A stretch of 64,000 nucleotides of DNA, taken from the NCBI GenBank assembly GCA_028693235.1, contig JAQUVW010000003.1, positions 182,069 through 246,068 of the forward strand. Reading direction: 5' to 3'. The position numbers and the translations under genes are program-made. The notes beneath the pieces were generated by a model. That model searched no databases. It had not been told where the DNA came from and saw only the letters and a list, made by a program, of their open reading frames with translations. The DNA is from Candidatus Gastranaerophilales bacterium. GTDB taxonomy: Bacteria > Cyanobacteriota > Vampirovibrionia > Gastranaerophilales > Gastranaerophilaceae. Positions 31,045-38,361 of this stretch are shown here, in pieces. Each line of letters opens with the position of its first letter. The stretch's first letter is position 1.

Positions 31045-31419
31045 ATGCCAACTATAGCTCAGTTAGTTCGTAAAGAACGCAAAAAGTTAACTGATAAAAC
31101 TAAATCACCAGCCTTGGTAAATTGCCCTCAAAGACGTGGCGTTTGCACAAGAGTTTATACAACTACTCCGAAAAAACCGAACTCAGCTTTGAGAAAGGTT
31201 GCCAGAGTTAGACTTACTAACGGATTTGAAGTTACATCTTATATCCCTGGTATCGGTCACAACCTACAAGAACACAGTGTTGTTCTTATTAGAGGTGGCA
31301 GAGTTAAAGACTTGCCGGGTGTTAGATACCACATAATTAGAGGTACATTAGATACTGCGGGCGTTGCCAACAGAAACAAAAGCAGATCTAAATATGGTGC
31401 TAAAAGAACTAAAAAATAA
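31045..31419 (+). CDS. rpsL: 30S ribosomal protein S12
   Basis: 124 aa; [13 protein letters not shown]..., [10 protein letters not shown] motif. Confidence 0.98.
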   Translation: MPTIAQLVRKERKKLTDKTKSPALVNCPQRRGVCTRVYTTTPKKPNSALRKVARVRLTNGFEVTSYIPGIGHNLQEHSVVLIRGGRVKDLPGVRYHIIRGTLDTAGVANRNKSRSKYGAKRTKK

Positions 31420-31438
31420 TTAGAAAGGTGATATAAAG

Positions 31439-31909
31439 ATGTCAAGACGTAGTAAACCCGAAAGAAGAGTTCCTGCCCCAGACGCAGTTTTTCATAATGT
31501 CGATATTGCTAAATTTATCAATAGATTGATGAGACGTGGCAAAAAATCTATCGCTGAAAAAATCTTCTATTCAACATTAGAAAATATTAAAGAAAAAACT
31601 AAAGAAGAACCTACTGAAATTTTCAAAAAAGCTTTAACTAACGCTACTCCTTTATTAGAAGTAAAAGCTAGAAGAATCGGTGGTTCAACATACCAAGTTC
31701 CTTTAGAAGTTAAAGCTGATAGAGGAATGGCTCTTGGTTCATCATGGTTGATTGAATCAGCTAAAAAACGTAACGGTAAATCTATGGTTGAAAAATTAAC
31801 CAGTGAATTGCTAGATGCTGCAAATGGCTCAGGTGCTGCTTGCAAAAAACGTGAAGATACTCACAAAATGGCTGAAGCTAACAAAGCTTTTGCTCACTAT
31901 AGATACTAA
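31439..31909 (+). CDS. rpsG: 30S ribosomal protein S7
   Basis: 156 aa; canonical S7 sequence ending KAFAHYRY. Confidence 0.98.
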   Translation: MSRRSKPERRVPAPDAVFHNVDIAKFINRLMRRGKKSIAEKIFYSTLENIKEKTKEEPTEIFKKALTNATPLLEVKARRIGGSTYQVPLEVKADRGMALGSSWLIESAKKRNGKSMVEKLTSELLDAANGSGAACKKREDTHKMAEANKAFAHYRY

Positions 31910-31933
31910 TACAATTAGTTACAAATATAAAAA

Positions 31934-31961
31934 CAGCTCCAATTCGTTGGGGCTGTTTTTT
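31934..31961. terminator. Bidirectional Rho-independent terminator between rpsG and ftsY
   Basis: Stem cagctcc/ggggctg (one G-U), A-run upstream, T-run downstream. Confidence 0.7.
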
Positions 31962-31980
31962 AATGTCTGACAATTTATAT

Positions 31981-32958
31981 TTATTTAAACAAAGCTTCGA
32001 TAAAATCTGTGGGAACAAAATCTTTAAGGTCTGTCATTTTTTCACCAACACCAACCAATTTTACAGGAAGATTAAGTTCTTTTGCAATTGAAATAATAAT
32101 ACCGCCTTTTGCACTTCCATCAAGCTTGGTCAAGGCTACGCTTGTTAAGTTTGCTACTTCTGCAAATATCTTCGCTTGAGCAAGTCCGTTTTGCCCTGTA
32201 TTTGCGTCAAGAACCAATATACTCTCTTTTAAAGACTCTGGGGCTAATTTATTAATCACAGCATAGACTTTTGATAATTCCTGCATAAGGTTATGCTTAT
32301 TTTGAAGCCTCCCTGCTGTATCAATCAACAAAACATCATAATTCTCATTTTGAGCTTTTTTTATGGCGTCATAGACTACGGCAGCAGAATCAATCCCATC
32401 TTTACGGTAAATATCTGCACCTGCTCTATCTGACCAAATATTCAACTGTTCTTCAGCAGCAGCTCTAAAAGTATCACCTGCAGCTACTAAAACTTTTTTA
32501 TTTAAATTTTTAAATCTATTTGCAAGTTTACCAATCAAGGTGGTTTTTCCTGCCCCATTTACACCAGTAATAAAATAGATATTTAATCCGTTATCAGAAA
32601 AATTAAGTTCTGAAGATTTATTATGGAGCAAAATGCTCTCAAATTCAGTCCTCAAAAATGATTTTACAGCAGAAGGTTTAATGGTATTTTGTTTTCGTAG
32701 CTTATCGACAATTTCAGAAGCTACACCGACGCCCAAATCTGCTTTTATCAACAATTCTTCCATATCGTCTAAGATAAATTCATCAAACTCTTCTTCATTT
32801 TGGACAGCGTCTACAACATTTCCAATCAAATTTTGAGTGGTATTCGAAATAGCTTTCTTCAATCCATCAAAAGAAATCCCGAAAAACGATGAACTATTTT
32901 TTTGTTCATCGTTTTCTTGTAATTCAGATTCGTTTTTCTTTTTAAAAAAATCAAACAT
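31981..32958 (-). CDS. ftsY: Signal recognition particle receptor FtsY
   Basis: 325 aa; GVNGAGKTT, DTAGR and TKLD GTPase motifs. Confidence 0.95.
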   Translation of the reverse strand: MFDFFKKKNESELQENDEQKNSSSFFGISFDGLKKAISNTTQNLIGNVVDAVQNEEEFDEFILDDMEELLIKADLGVGVASEIVDKLRKQNTIKPSAVKSFLRTEFESILLHNKSSELNFSDNGLNIYFITGVNGAGKTTLIGKLANRFKNLNKKVLVAAGDTFRAAAEEQLNIWSDRAGADIYRKDGIDSAAVVYDAIKKAQNENYDVLLIDTAGRLQNKHNLMQELSKVYAVINKLAPESLKESILVLDANTGQNGLAQAKIFAEVANLTSVALTKLDGSAKGGIIISIAKELNLPVKLVGVGEKMTDLKDFVPTDFIEALFK

Positions 32959-32970
32959 ATTAAACCTTAA

Positions 32971-33630
32971 TTATTTCAAATCGTTATCAATTACGACCTT
33001 GCCTAAAATGCCATTAACAAAAGAAGCACTGTCATCTGTAGAATATTTTTTAGCAAGTTCTACCGCTTCATCAATGATAACCTTCAAAGGAGCTTCTTTA
33101 ACAAAAAGCATTTCAGCTATTGCGATGCGGAGAATATCTTTATCAATTTTAACAAGTCTGTTAATATCCCAGCCGTGAGCAAACTTTTTGATTTGTTCAT
33201 CAATAGATTCGTGATTATCACGATAAGAATCAACAACCTTCAATATGTAATCTTTAACGTCTGAATTTTCTTGAAGAGCGGTCATTTCAGCGATTTCAAG
33301 AGCCATCATAGCTTTTTCTGAGACATTCATCAACTCATCAATTTTTCCTACCATATCAGAAGTCATGGGAAGAGCAACAGGTTTATCTGAAAGCCCTATA
33401 GGTCTTTCGAGATTAGTGGGGTCATTAGCCTCATATTCATCAATAAACTCCCTTATATCGAGGAGTGATTGACTTGCAATTTTCAAATCTTCAGTAGCAC
33501 TATTTGTAAGAGTCCTGACAGATTTTAAAATAATATCTTCAAATTCTTTTTCACTAAATGTGTCAAATTTTTTATTCAATTGAGAAAACAAAATCAAAGA
33601 TAGTTCTCTCGCTGCACGTCTGGCTTGCAT
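32971..33630 (-). CDS. nusB: NusB-family transcription antitermination protein, unusually long (219 aa)
   Basis: N-term ARRAARELSLILFSQL and C-term VIIDEAVELAKKYSTDDSASFVNGILGKV are NusB-like; an extra acidic segment lies in between. Confidence 0.7.
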   Translation of the reverse strand: MQARRAARELSLILFSQLNKKFDTFSEKEFEDIILKSVRTLTNSATEDLKIASQSLLDIREFIDEYEANDPTNLERPIGLSDKPVALPMTSDMVGKIDELMNVSEKAMMALEIAEMTALQENSDVKDYILKVVDSYRDNHESIDEQIKKFAHGWDINRLVKIDKDILRIAIAEMLFVKEAPLKVIIDEAVELAKKYSTDDSASFVNGILGKVVIDNDLK

Positions 33631-33718
33631 AACAATTGTCCTTATATATTTTTAATAATAACTTTAAATATATTAAGCCATAAAAACAGAATAAAGTATA
33701 GTTTTTTAATAAAAAACC

Positions 33719-33747
33719 TTGACTTTTGTGTTTGGACTTAATAATAT
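33719..33747 (+). promoter_or_regulatory. Sigma-70-type promoter for tRNA-Gln
   Basis: TTGACT (33719-33724), 17-nt spacer, TAATAT (33742-33747), ~15 nt before the tRNA 5' end. Confidence 0.6.
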
Positions 33748-33762
33748 AGATACATAAGCCAT

Positions 33763-33835
33763 TGGGGCGTCGCCAAGTGGTAAGGCACCTGGTTTTGGTC
33801 CAGGCATCTCGGAGGTTCGAATCCTTCCGCCCCAG
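33763..33835 (+). tRNA. tRNA-Gln (anticodon TTG); CCA not encoded
   Basis: Cloverleaf read by eye: acceptor tggggcg/cgcccca, anticodon arm cctgg-ttTTGgt-ccagg, T-loop ggttcgaat; very close to classical bacterial tRNA-Gln. Confidence 0.92.
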
Positions 33836-33846
33836 AATTTAAAAAA

Positions 33847-33871
33847 GACTTTCGATTGAAAGCCTTTTTTT
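33847..33871 (+). terminator. Short hairpin plus T-run after tRNA-Gln
   Basis: ctttc-gatt-gaaag then 7 T. Confidence 0.5.
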
Positions 33872-33954
33872 GTATATATAACCTTTCTAGGACATTTTGA
33901 TGAGAATTTGAGAGGCAAGAGTGCCACGTTTAGGCTAATTGAGCCTAGTTTTTA

Positions 33955-33987
33955 GTGTTGAGATTTAGCGTCAAAAAATGTCCGAAA
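33955..33987 (+). repeat. Left-end repeat copy 1 (gtgttgagatttagcgtcaaaaaatgtccgaaa)
   Basis: Shares GTGTTGAGAT..GTCAAAA with 34185-34209 and ~26/30 nt with 49284-49310, all in the same orientation. Confidence 0.7.
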
Positions 33988-34003
33988 CTTCCGTTTTCTT
34001 GCA

Positions 34004-34173
34004 CAGAATTGCACTAGAAATTTAAGATTTGTGATAATTCTTGGTTGCTCGCGTTAAACGTGTCTGCACGGCAAGGCTCAACGCCTTGACCGTTCCGCAC
34101 TCTGCTCGCAATCCGCTCCCCCACCCCGAGCGAGTCGTTTCTTGGACGAAATCATGTAAATAGTGCAATTCTG
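34004..34173. repeat. 13-bp perfect inverted repeat (cagaattgcacta 34004-34016 / tagtgcaattctg 34161-34173) enclosing GC-rich module A
   Basis: Arms read directly and are exact reverse complements; they bracket ~144 nt. Confidence 0.8.
34044..34146. repeat. GC-rich module A (non-coding, left end of island)
   Basis: Conspicuously G+C-rich block in AT-rich DNA; reverse strand contains GAGCGGATTGCGAGCAGAGTGCGGAACGG, related to modules B and C; internal hairpin caaggc-tcaac-gccttg. Confidence 0.6.
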
Positions 34174-34184
34174 CACTATCACTT

Positions 34185-34209
34185 GTGTTGAGATGTGTCA
34201 AAATATCTG
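34185..34209 (+). repeat. Left-end repeat copy 2 (gtgttgagatgtgtcaaaatatctg), followed by a third partial copy tgtgagatttgg
   Basis: Direct repeat of 33955-33987 on the other side of the IR-enclosed GC-rich module. Confidence 0.65.
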
Positions 34210-34286
34210 TGAGATTTGGATGAAAGACTTGATGTTTCTGCGAAACAGAGCAATTAATGTGTATGTAACCGAAAGGAGAAACACAC

Positions 34287-34484
34287 ATGGATATTGCTTA
34301 TGGAACCAAAATTCAAAACTTAAAAACTAATGAAATTGGTTTATTAATTAAAGTTTGGAAAAATAAATTTGCTGATGGCAAAATTGACTTCGCTACATGC
34401 GTGGATAAAAACGGAAAACGCTACAATATTGAATTAGATTTAATAACTCCAATTAAGGAGGTTGAAGATGATTCTAAAAAATAG
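34287..34484 (+). CDS. Small hypothetical protein (65 aa), first gene of the island
   Basis: ATG preceded by aaaggag RBS; no recognisable motif. Confidence 0.45.
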   Translation: MDIAYGTKIQNLKTNEIGLLIKVWKNKFADGKIDFATCVDKNGKRYNIELDLITPIKEVEDDSKK

Positions 34485-34701
34485 AAGAACCCGAGAAACA
34501 TTAGAAATTGAGTATGCTGAGTTTAGAAAAAAATTTGCTAAAGAGATTCAAATATCTTTTGAGAGCTACAAGCAAACACAGTTAAATAAATCATTTTACT
34601 GTTTCAAAGATGACAATTCAATGGAATTCAACTTTTACTTTCAAGTCCAATACAATTTCAACAGCTTTGGAAATTCAGCTTGGTATATAGAGAGGCTGTA
34701 A
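34468..34701 (+). CDS. Small hypothetical protein (77 aa)
   Basis: ATG 34468 preceded by aaggagg RBS (track start is TTG 34462); ends 1 nt before the transposase ATG. Confidence 0.45.
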   Translation: MILKNRRTRETLEIEYAEFRKKFAKEIQISFESYKQTQLNKSFYCFKDDNSMEFNFYFQVQYNFNSFGNSAWYIERL

Positions 34702-36540
34702 ATGGATATAAATTTTACACCAGAAAAGTCAAAACAAATTGCACTCGCAAGATTAGATTTAATTCACCAATGGCAAGAATTTAGAAGAAAATCTACAAAT
34801 AAATTATCTGCCGACTATGATTTTGTAAAATTACATAATTCTTCAAATTCATATTTATTTGAGATCTTAGGAAAAATATCGAGAGGAAGTTTGCATCGTT
34901 GGAATAATTTGTTAAATGGAAGTGAAGATTATACTTTACTTCTACCTCAGTATAAATATTCTTGTATTGTAGAATATCGAACAGTTTTAACCGACGAAGA
35001 AATCAGAATCTTTATGGGTTTGTTGCTACATCCGAACCGACTTTCAATCGGTAAAGCTACGGCATTGACAAAATACAAACTAAAACAACAAGGTCAAAAT
35101 TTTATCCCAGCCGATATAACATTCAGAAGATATGCAAAGTGGTTCAAAGACAACAATTATGACAAATGGATACTTGCCAGAGATGGTGAAAAAGCTCTGT
35201 CAGATAAAGTTGAACCATATATCAAACGTGATGCGAGTTTGCTTGAAGTCGGAGATATTTTAGTCGCCGACGGTCATAAATTAGCTTTTCAAGTGATAAA
35301 TCCATTCACAGGAAAACCCAAAATGGCGACATTAGTTGGATTTTTGGATTGGAAATCAACAGCTTTGGTTGGCTATGAAATTATGTTAGAGGAAAATACT
35401 CAATGTATAGCTTCCGCTCTCCGTAATTCAATAATAAATTTAGATATGATTCCCAAAGTTGTTTATCAAGATAACGGCAGAGCTTTTAGAGCAAAGTATT
35501 TTACAGACGATAAAGGGTTCTCGGAACTTGGTTTTAACGGATTGTACTCAAAACTCGGAATAGAAACAGTATTTGCAAGACCATATAATGCAAGGGCGAA
35601 AGTTATAGAACGATTTTTTAAAGAATTTCAAGAAGGTTTTGAAAAATTATTACCAAGTTATGTCGGCTCAGCAATTTCTGAAAAACCTGCGTACTTAAAA
35701 AGAAATGAAAGATTTCATGCAAATTTACATTCCGAATATGTACCGACAATTGAAGAAGCGGATTTTGGCAAGTGCGGAGTCGAACGAAGTGAACGAGCAC
35801 GTCCTGCGGCGGTGAACGGTGGAATGAAGCATTTTGCGAAGCAAAACTGCGGAATGAAATCCGAGTTCACCAAGCTGCCAACAATCCAAGACACAATAAA
35901 AATTATTGATATGTGGTTGAGTTTTAAAAATTCTCAACCTTGTCCAAATTCTCCTGACAAAATGATTGCAGAAGTTTTAGAAGATAGAAAGCGTCAAAAT
36001 ATAAACACTGATACATTGGACGATTTGATGTTAGCAACCGAAGTTAAGACAATTCAGAGAAATGGCATAAGATTTTTGAACTACGATTATTTTGATGAAC
36101 GACTTTATGGTTTCAAAAATAAAGTGCGGATAAAATACAACCTTTTTGATTTAACAAGTATCAAAGTTTTTACGATAAAAGGCGAATATCTTTGTAAGGC
36201 AGAGAGAGTAACCGAAACTCATCCGATGGCGAAGATTTTGGGTGACGTAAAAGATTTAGAAGATTACAAACAAAAAATTGAAAAACAACGGAAGTTAAGA
36301 AAGAAAACGATAAATTCAGTCAAGGAATTGTTATCTAATGATGAATGCAAATTTATTGAAACAAAAATTATAAAAAATGAAGAATTTTTAACACCCGTTA
36401 AAACGTCGTTTAAAAGCTCTTTAAATGGCGTTTATAAAAATAATTCTGAAAAATATGAATATCTTGTGAAAAATAATCCTCAAGATAAGTGGATTGAAGA
36501 ATTTAAACAAACAAAGGAGTACAAATTATTGTATGATTAG
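34702..36540 (+). CDS. DDE (rve-type) transposase of the MuA/TnsB/TniA class, carrying an in-frame GC-rich insertion
   Basis: Candidate catalytic D/D/E in VADGHKL, VYQDNGRAFRA, ARPYNARAKVIERFFKEF; Mu-transposase C-terminal barrel pattern GIRFLNYDYFDERLYGFKNKVRIKYNLFDLTSIKVF. Confidence 0.85.
   Translation: MDINFTPEKSKQIALARLDLIHQWQEFRRKSTNKLSADYDFVKLHNSSNSYLFEILGKISRGSLHRWNNLLNGSEDYTLLLPQYKYSCIVEYRTVLTDEEIRIFMGLLLHPNRLSIGKATALTKYKLKQQGQNFIPADITFRRYAKWFKDNNYDKWILARDGEKALSDKVEPYIKRDASLLEVGDILVADGHKLAFQVINPFTGKPKMATLVGFLDWKSTALVGYEIMLEENTQCIASALRNSIINLDMIPKVVYQDNGRAFRAKYFTDDKGFSELGFNGLYSKLGIETVFARPYNARAKVIERFFKEFQEGFEKLLPSYVGSAISEKPAYLKRNERFHANLHSEYVPTIEEADFGKCGVERSERARPAAVNGGMKHFAKQNCGMKSEFTKLPTIQDTIKIIDMWLSFKNSQPCPNSPDKMIAEVLEDRKRQNINTDTLDDLMLATEVKTIQRNGIRFLNYDYFDERLYGFKNKVRIKYNLFDLTSIKVFTIKGEYLCKAERVTETHPMAKILGDVKDLEDYKQKIEKQRKLRKKTINSVKELLSNDECKFIETKIIKNEEFLTPVKTSFKSSLNGVYKNNSEKYEYLVKNNPQDKWIEEFKQTKEYKLLYD
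35757..35880. repeat. GC-rich module B, in frame inside the transposase ORF
   Basis: gcggattttggcaagtgcggagtcgaacgaagtgaacgagc...ctgcggaatgaaatccgagttcacc; terminal inverted cggattt/aaatccg, internal hairpin ttttgc-gaa-gcaaaa; encodes an Ala/Arg/Gly-rich segment unlike the rest of the protein. Confidence 0.65.
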
Positions 36541-37213
36541 AAAATTTGTCAGAACGCAAAATGTTAAAAACTTTATAGGGCTTGTTGAAAATTTAATCAA
36601 TAAACCAAAGAACGTACCAAAAATGGCATTGGTTTATGGCGAACCCGGACTTGGTAAATCTCAAACTGCATTATGGCTAAGTTGCAAATATGATGCTATA
36701 TATTTGAGAGCAACAAATCTTATGACTGGTCGATGGTTACTTTAAGAACTGGTTAAAGAAATTGATGAAATACCGAGATTTTTGACTGCGGACAACTTCA
36801 ATTTACTTTGTAAAAAACTAAAACAGAAGCCAAAGCTGATTATCATTGATGAAATTGATTATTTGATGAATAATTCAAAAACAATAGAAACTTTGCGTGA
36901 TATTCATGATGAAACAGATTGCCCGATAATCTTTGTTGGGATGGGTTTAGCACATAGAAAACTTGAACGATACAAACATTTATATGATAGATTTTTAGAA
37001 ATTCTGCAATTCGAAACTTTTGAAGTAGCGGATTTAAAACAGATTTTTGATGAATTATCAGAAGTTACAGTAACTGCTGATGCAATTGAATATATCTATA
37101 AAAAATATAATCGTTTCAGGCAAATTATTCAGTTGATAAATCAGTTGGAAACTATTGCTAAAGAGAATAATTTTACTGAAATTACCGAAGAAACAGTGAG
37201 GCAGATAATATGA
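36533..37213 (+). pseudogene. TniB/TnsC/MuB-like AAA+ transposition ATPase interrupted by one in-frame TAA (36743-36745)
   Basis: Walker A GEPGLGKS before the stop and Walker B LIIIDEID after it, both in the same frame; the ATG overlaps the transposase stop. Confidence 0.75.
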
Positions 37214-37296
37214 AACGGATTTTCGGTAGGGCACCGTGTGAGCGAGAGCGAACCCAGCCCGTATGATGGAGCGGGACGTTACTCCCGCGACAACTC
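37214..37296. repeat. GC-rich module C (intergenic, after the ATPase)
   Basis: acggattttcggtagggcaccgtgtgagcgagagcgaaccc...ggagcgggacgttactcccgcg; aligns with module B from the CGGATTTT start; hairpin cggga-cgttac-tcccg. Confidence 0.6.
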
Positions 37297-37322
37297 GAAT
37301 AATTCAAGATGGAAAGGAAACT

Positions 37323-37880
37323 ATGGATATACTTAAATTAGCAAAACACCTAAAAGAATTTACGCTTGATGAAATTGAAATGATAGCTGAATGTGATTGT
37401 AAAACCGAACTTGAAAAGTTGTTAAGTGAACATAAAATAGCGTTTAAAAATAAAAAATACGAATACATTGAAAAACAAAATGAGGAATATTCAATATTTA
37501 TAAATAAAAAATCTAAAAATATAAATTATGAATTTACGGACGCCGTACACGATTTTTTAGAAAATTATGCAAAAAAATATTGTAAATCTGGTACTTGTAA
37601 AAACTACAGAACCATTTTTAATTATGGAATTTTACCATTTTTCAAAAATAAACATATTGGGGATATTCAAATTAATGATGTAAAAATTTTTTATAAAAAA
37701 TGTCAGGAATTAAATTTCAAATCAAGACGGATAAAAAACACTTTAGCTCTTTTAAATCAATTATTAAAATATTTTCAGGAGCAAGGATTTATAAAAAGTA
37801 GATGTATTTTTCAAGTAAAACGACTGACAGCCAAAAACGAATTTAATAAAAATAGGTTAATTTTTAAGGAGAATTTATGA
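37323..37880 (+). CDS. Stand-alone tyrosine-recombinase core-binding (phage integrase N-terminal SAM-like) domain protein; no catalytic domain
   Basis: FTDAVHDFLENYAKKYCKSGTCKNYRTIFNYGILPFFKNKHIGDIQINDVKIFYKK...IKNTLALLNQLLKYFQEQGFI fits the four-helix core-binding pattern; the ORF ends ~25 aa later; ATG 37323 with ggaaagga RBS. Confidence 0.55.
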   Translation: MDILKLAKHLKEFTLDEIEMIAECDCKTELEKLLSEHKIAFKNKKYEYIEKQNEEYSIFINKKSKNINYEFTDAVHDFLENYAKKYCKSGTCKNYRTIFNYGILPFFKNKHIGDIQINDVKIFYKKCQELNFKSRRIKNTLALLNQLLKYFQEQGFIKSRCIFQVKRLTAKNEFNKNRLIFKENL

Positions 37881-38296
37881 GTAAAAAACGACATTACAAC
37901 GAAGCAGAACGACTTTTTATATGTGATGGATTGTCAGCAGATGAAATAGCAAGAAAATTTGAGATTTCACGCAGAACAATTTTTTATTGGAAGAAGGAAT
38001 ATAATTGGGATAAGAAGCGAGCGGATTATTTGTTCAACAATACCAGAATGAGCTTTGAAATCAATGATTTTACAAGAAAGTTGATGGATAAAATTATGAC
38101 GGATATTGATAACAATAGACAAGTTAGCCAGTCAGAAATTTATACGGTTTTAAACTTAATAAAACGCATGCTAGAAATCAAAAATTACGAAGACGAAATC
38201 GTCAAAGCTAAAAAAGAAGAAAAACCGAAAGAACTGACGCCTGAATTGATTATGCAAATAAACAAAGATATTCTTGGTTGGGACGGAACTTATTAA
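37877..38296 (+). CDS. HTH DNA-binding protein (small-terminase-like / DUF1804-like N-terminus)
   Basis: AERLFICDGLSADEIARKFEISRRTIFYWKKEYNWDKKR is a helix-turn-helix followed by a W-rich motif; ATGA overlap with the upstream gene. Confidence 0.45.
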   Translation: MSKKRHYNEAERLFICDGLSADEIARKFEISRRTIFYWKKEYNWDKKRADYLFNNTRMSFEINDFTRKLMDKIMTDIDNNRQVSQSEIYTVLNLIKRMLEIKNYEDEIVKAKKEEKPKELTPELIMQINKDILGWDGTY

Positions 38297-38361
38297 TTAT
38301 ATTGAATCTACAAATTCTATTTAATATTTATGCTATTATTGATTATGGAATTAGTGTTCAA

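Noticed and set aside
33706-33927. 73-aa minus-strand ORF
   Set aside because: It runs antisense straight through tRNA-Gln and its terminator, so it is spurious.
34022-34288. 88-aa minus-strand ORF over GC-rich module A
   Set aside because: It has no RBS and an Arg/Gly/Ala-rich composition unlike every other protein here. It is open simply because GC-rich sequence lacks AT-rich stop codons.
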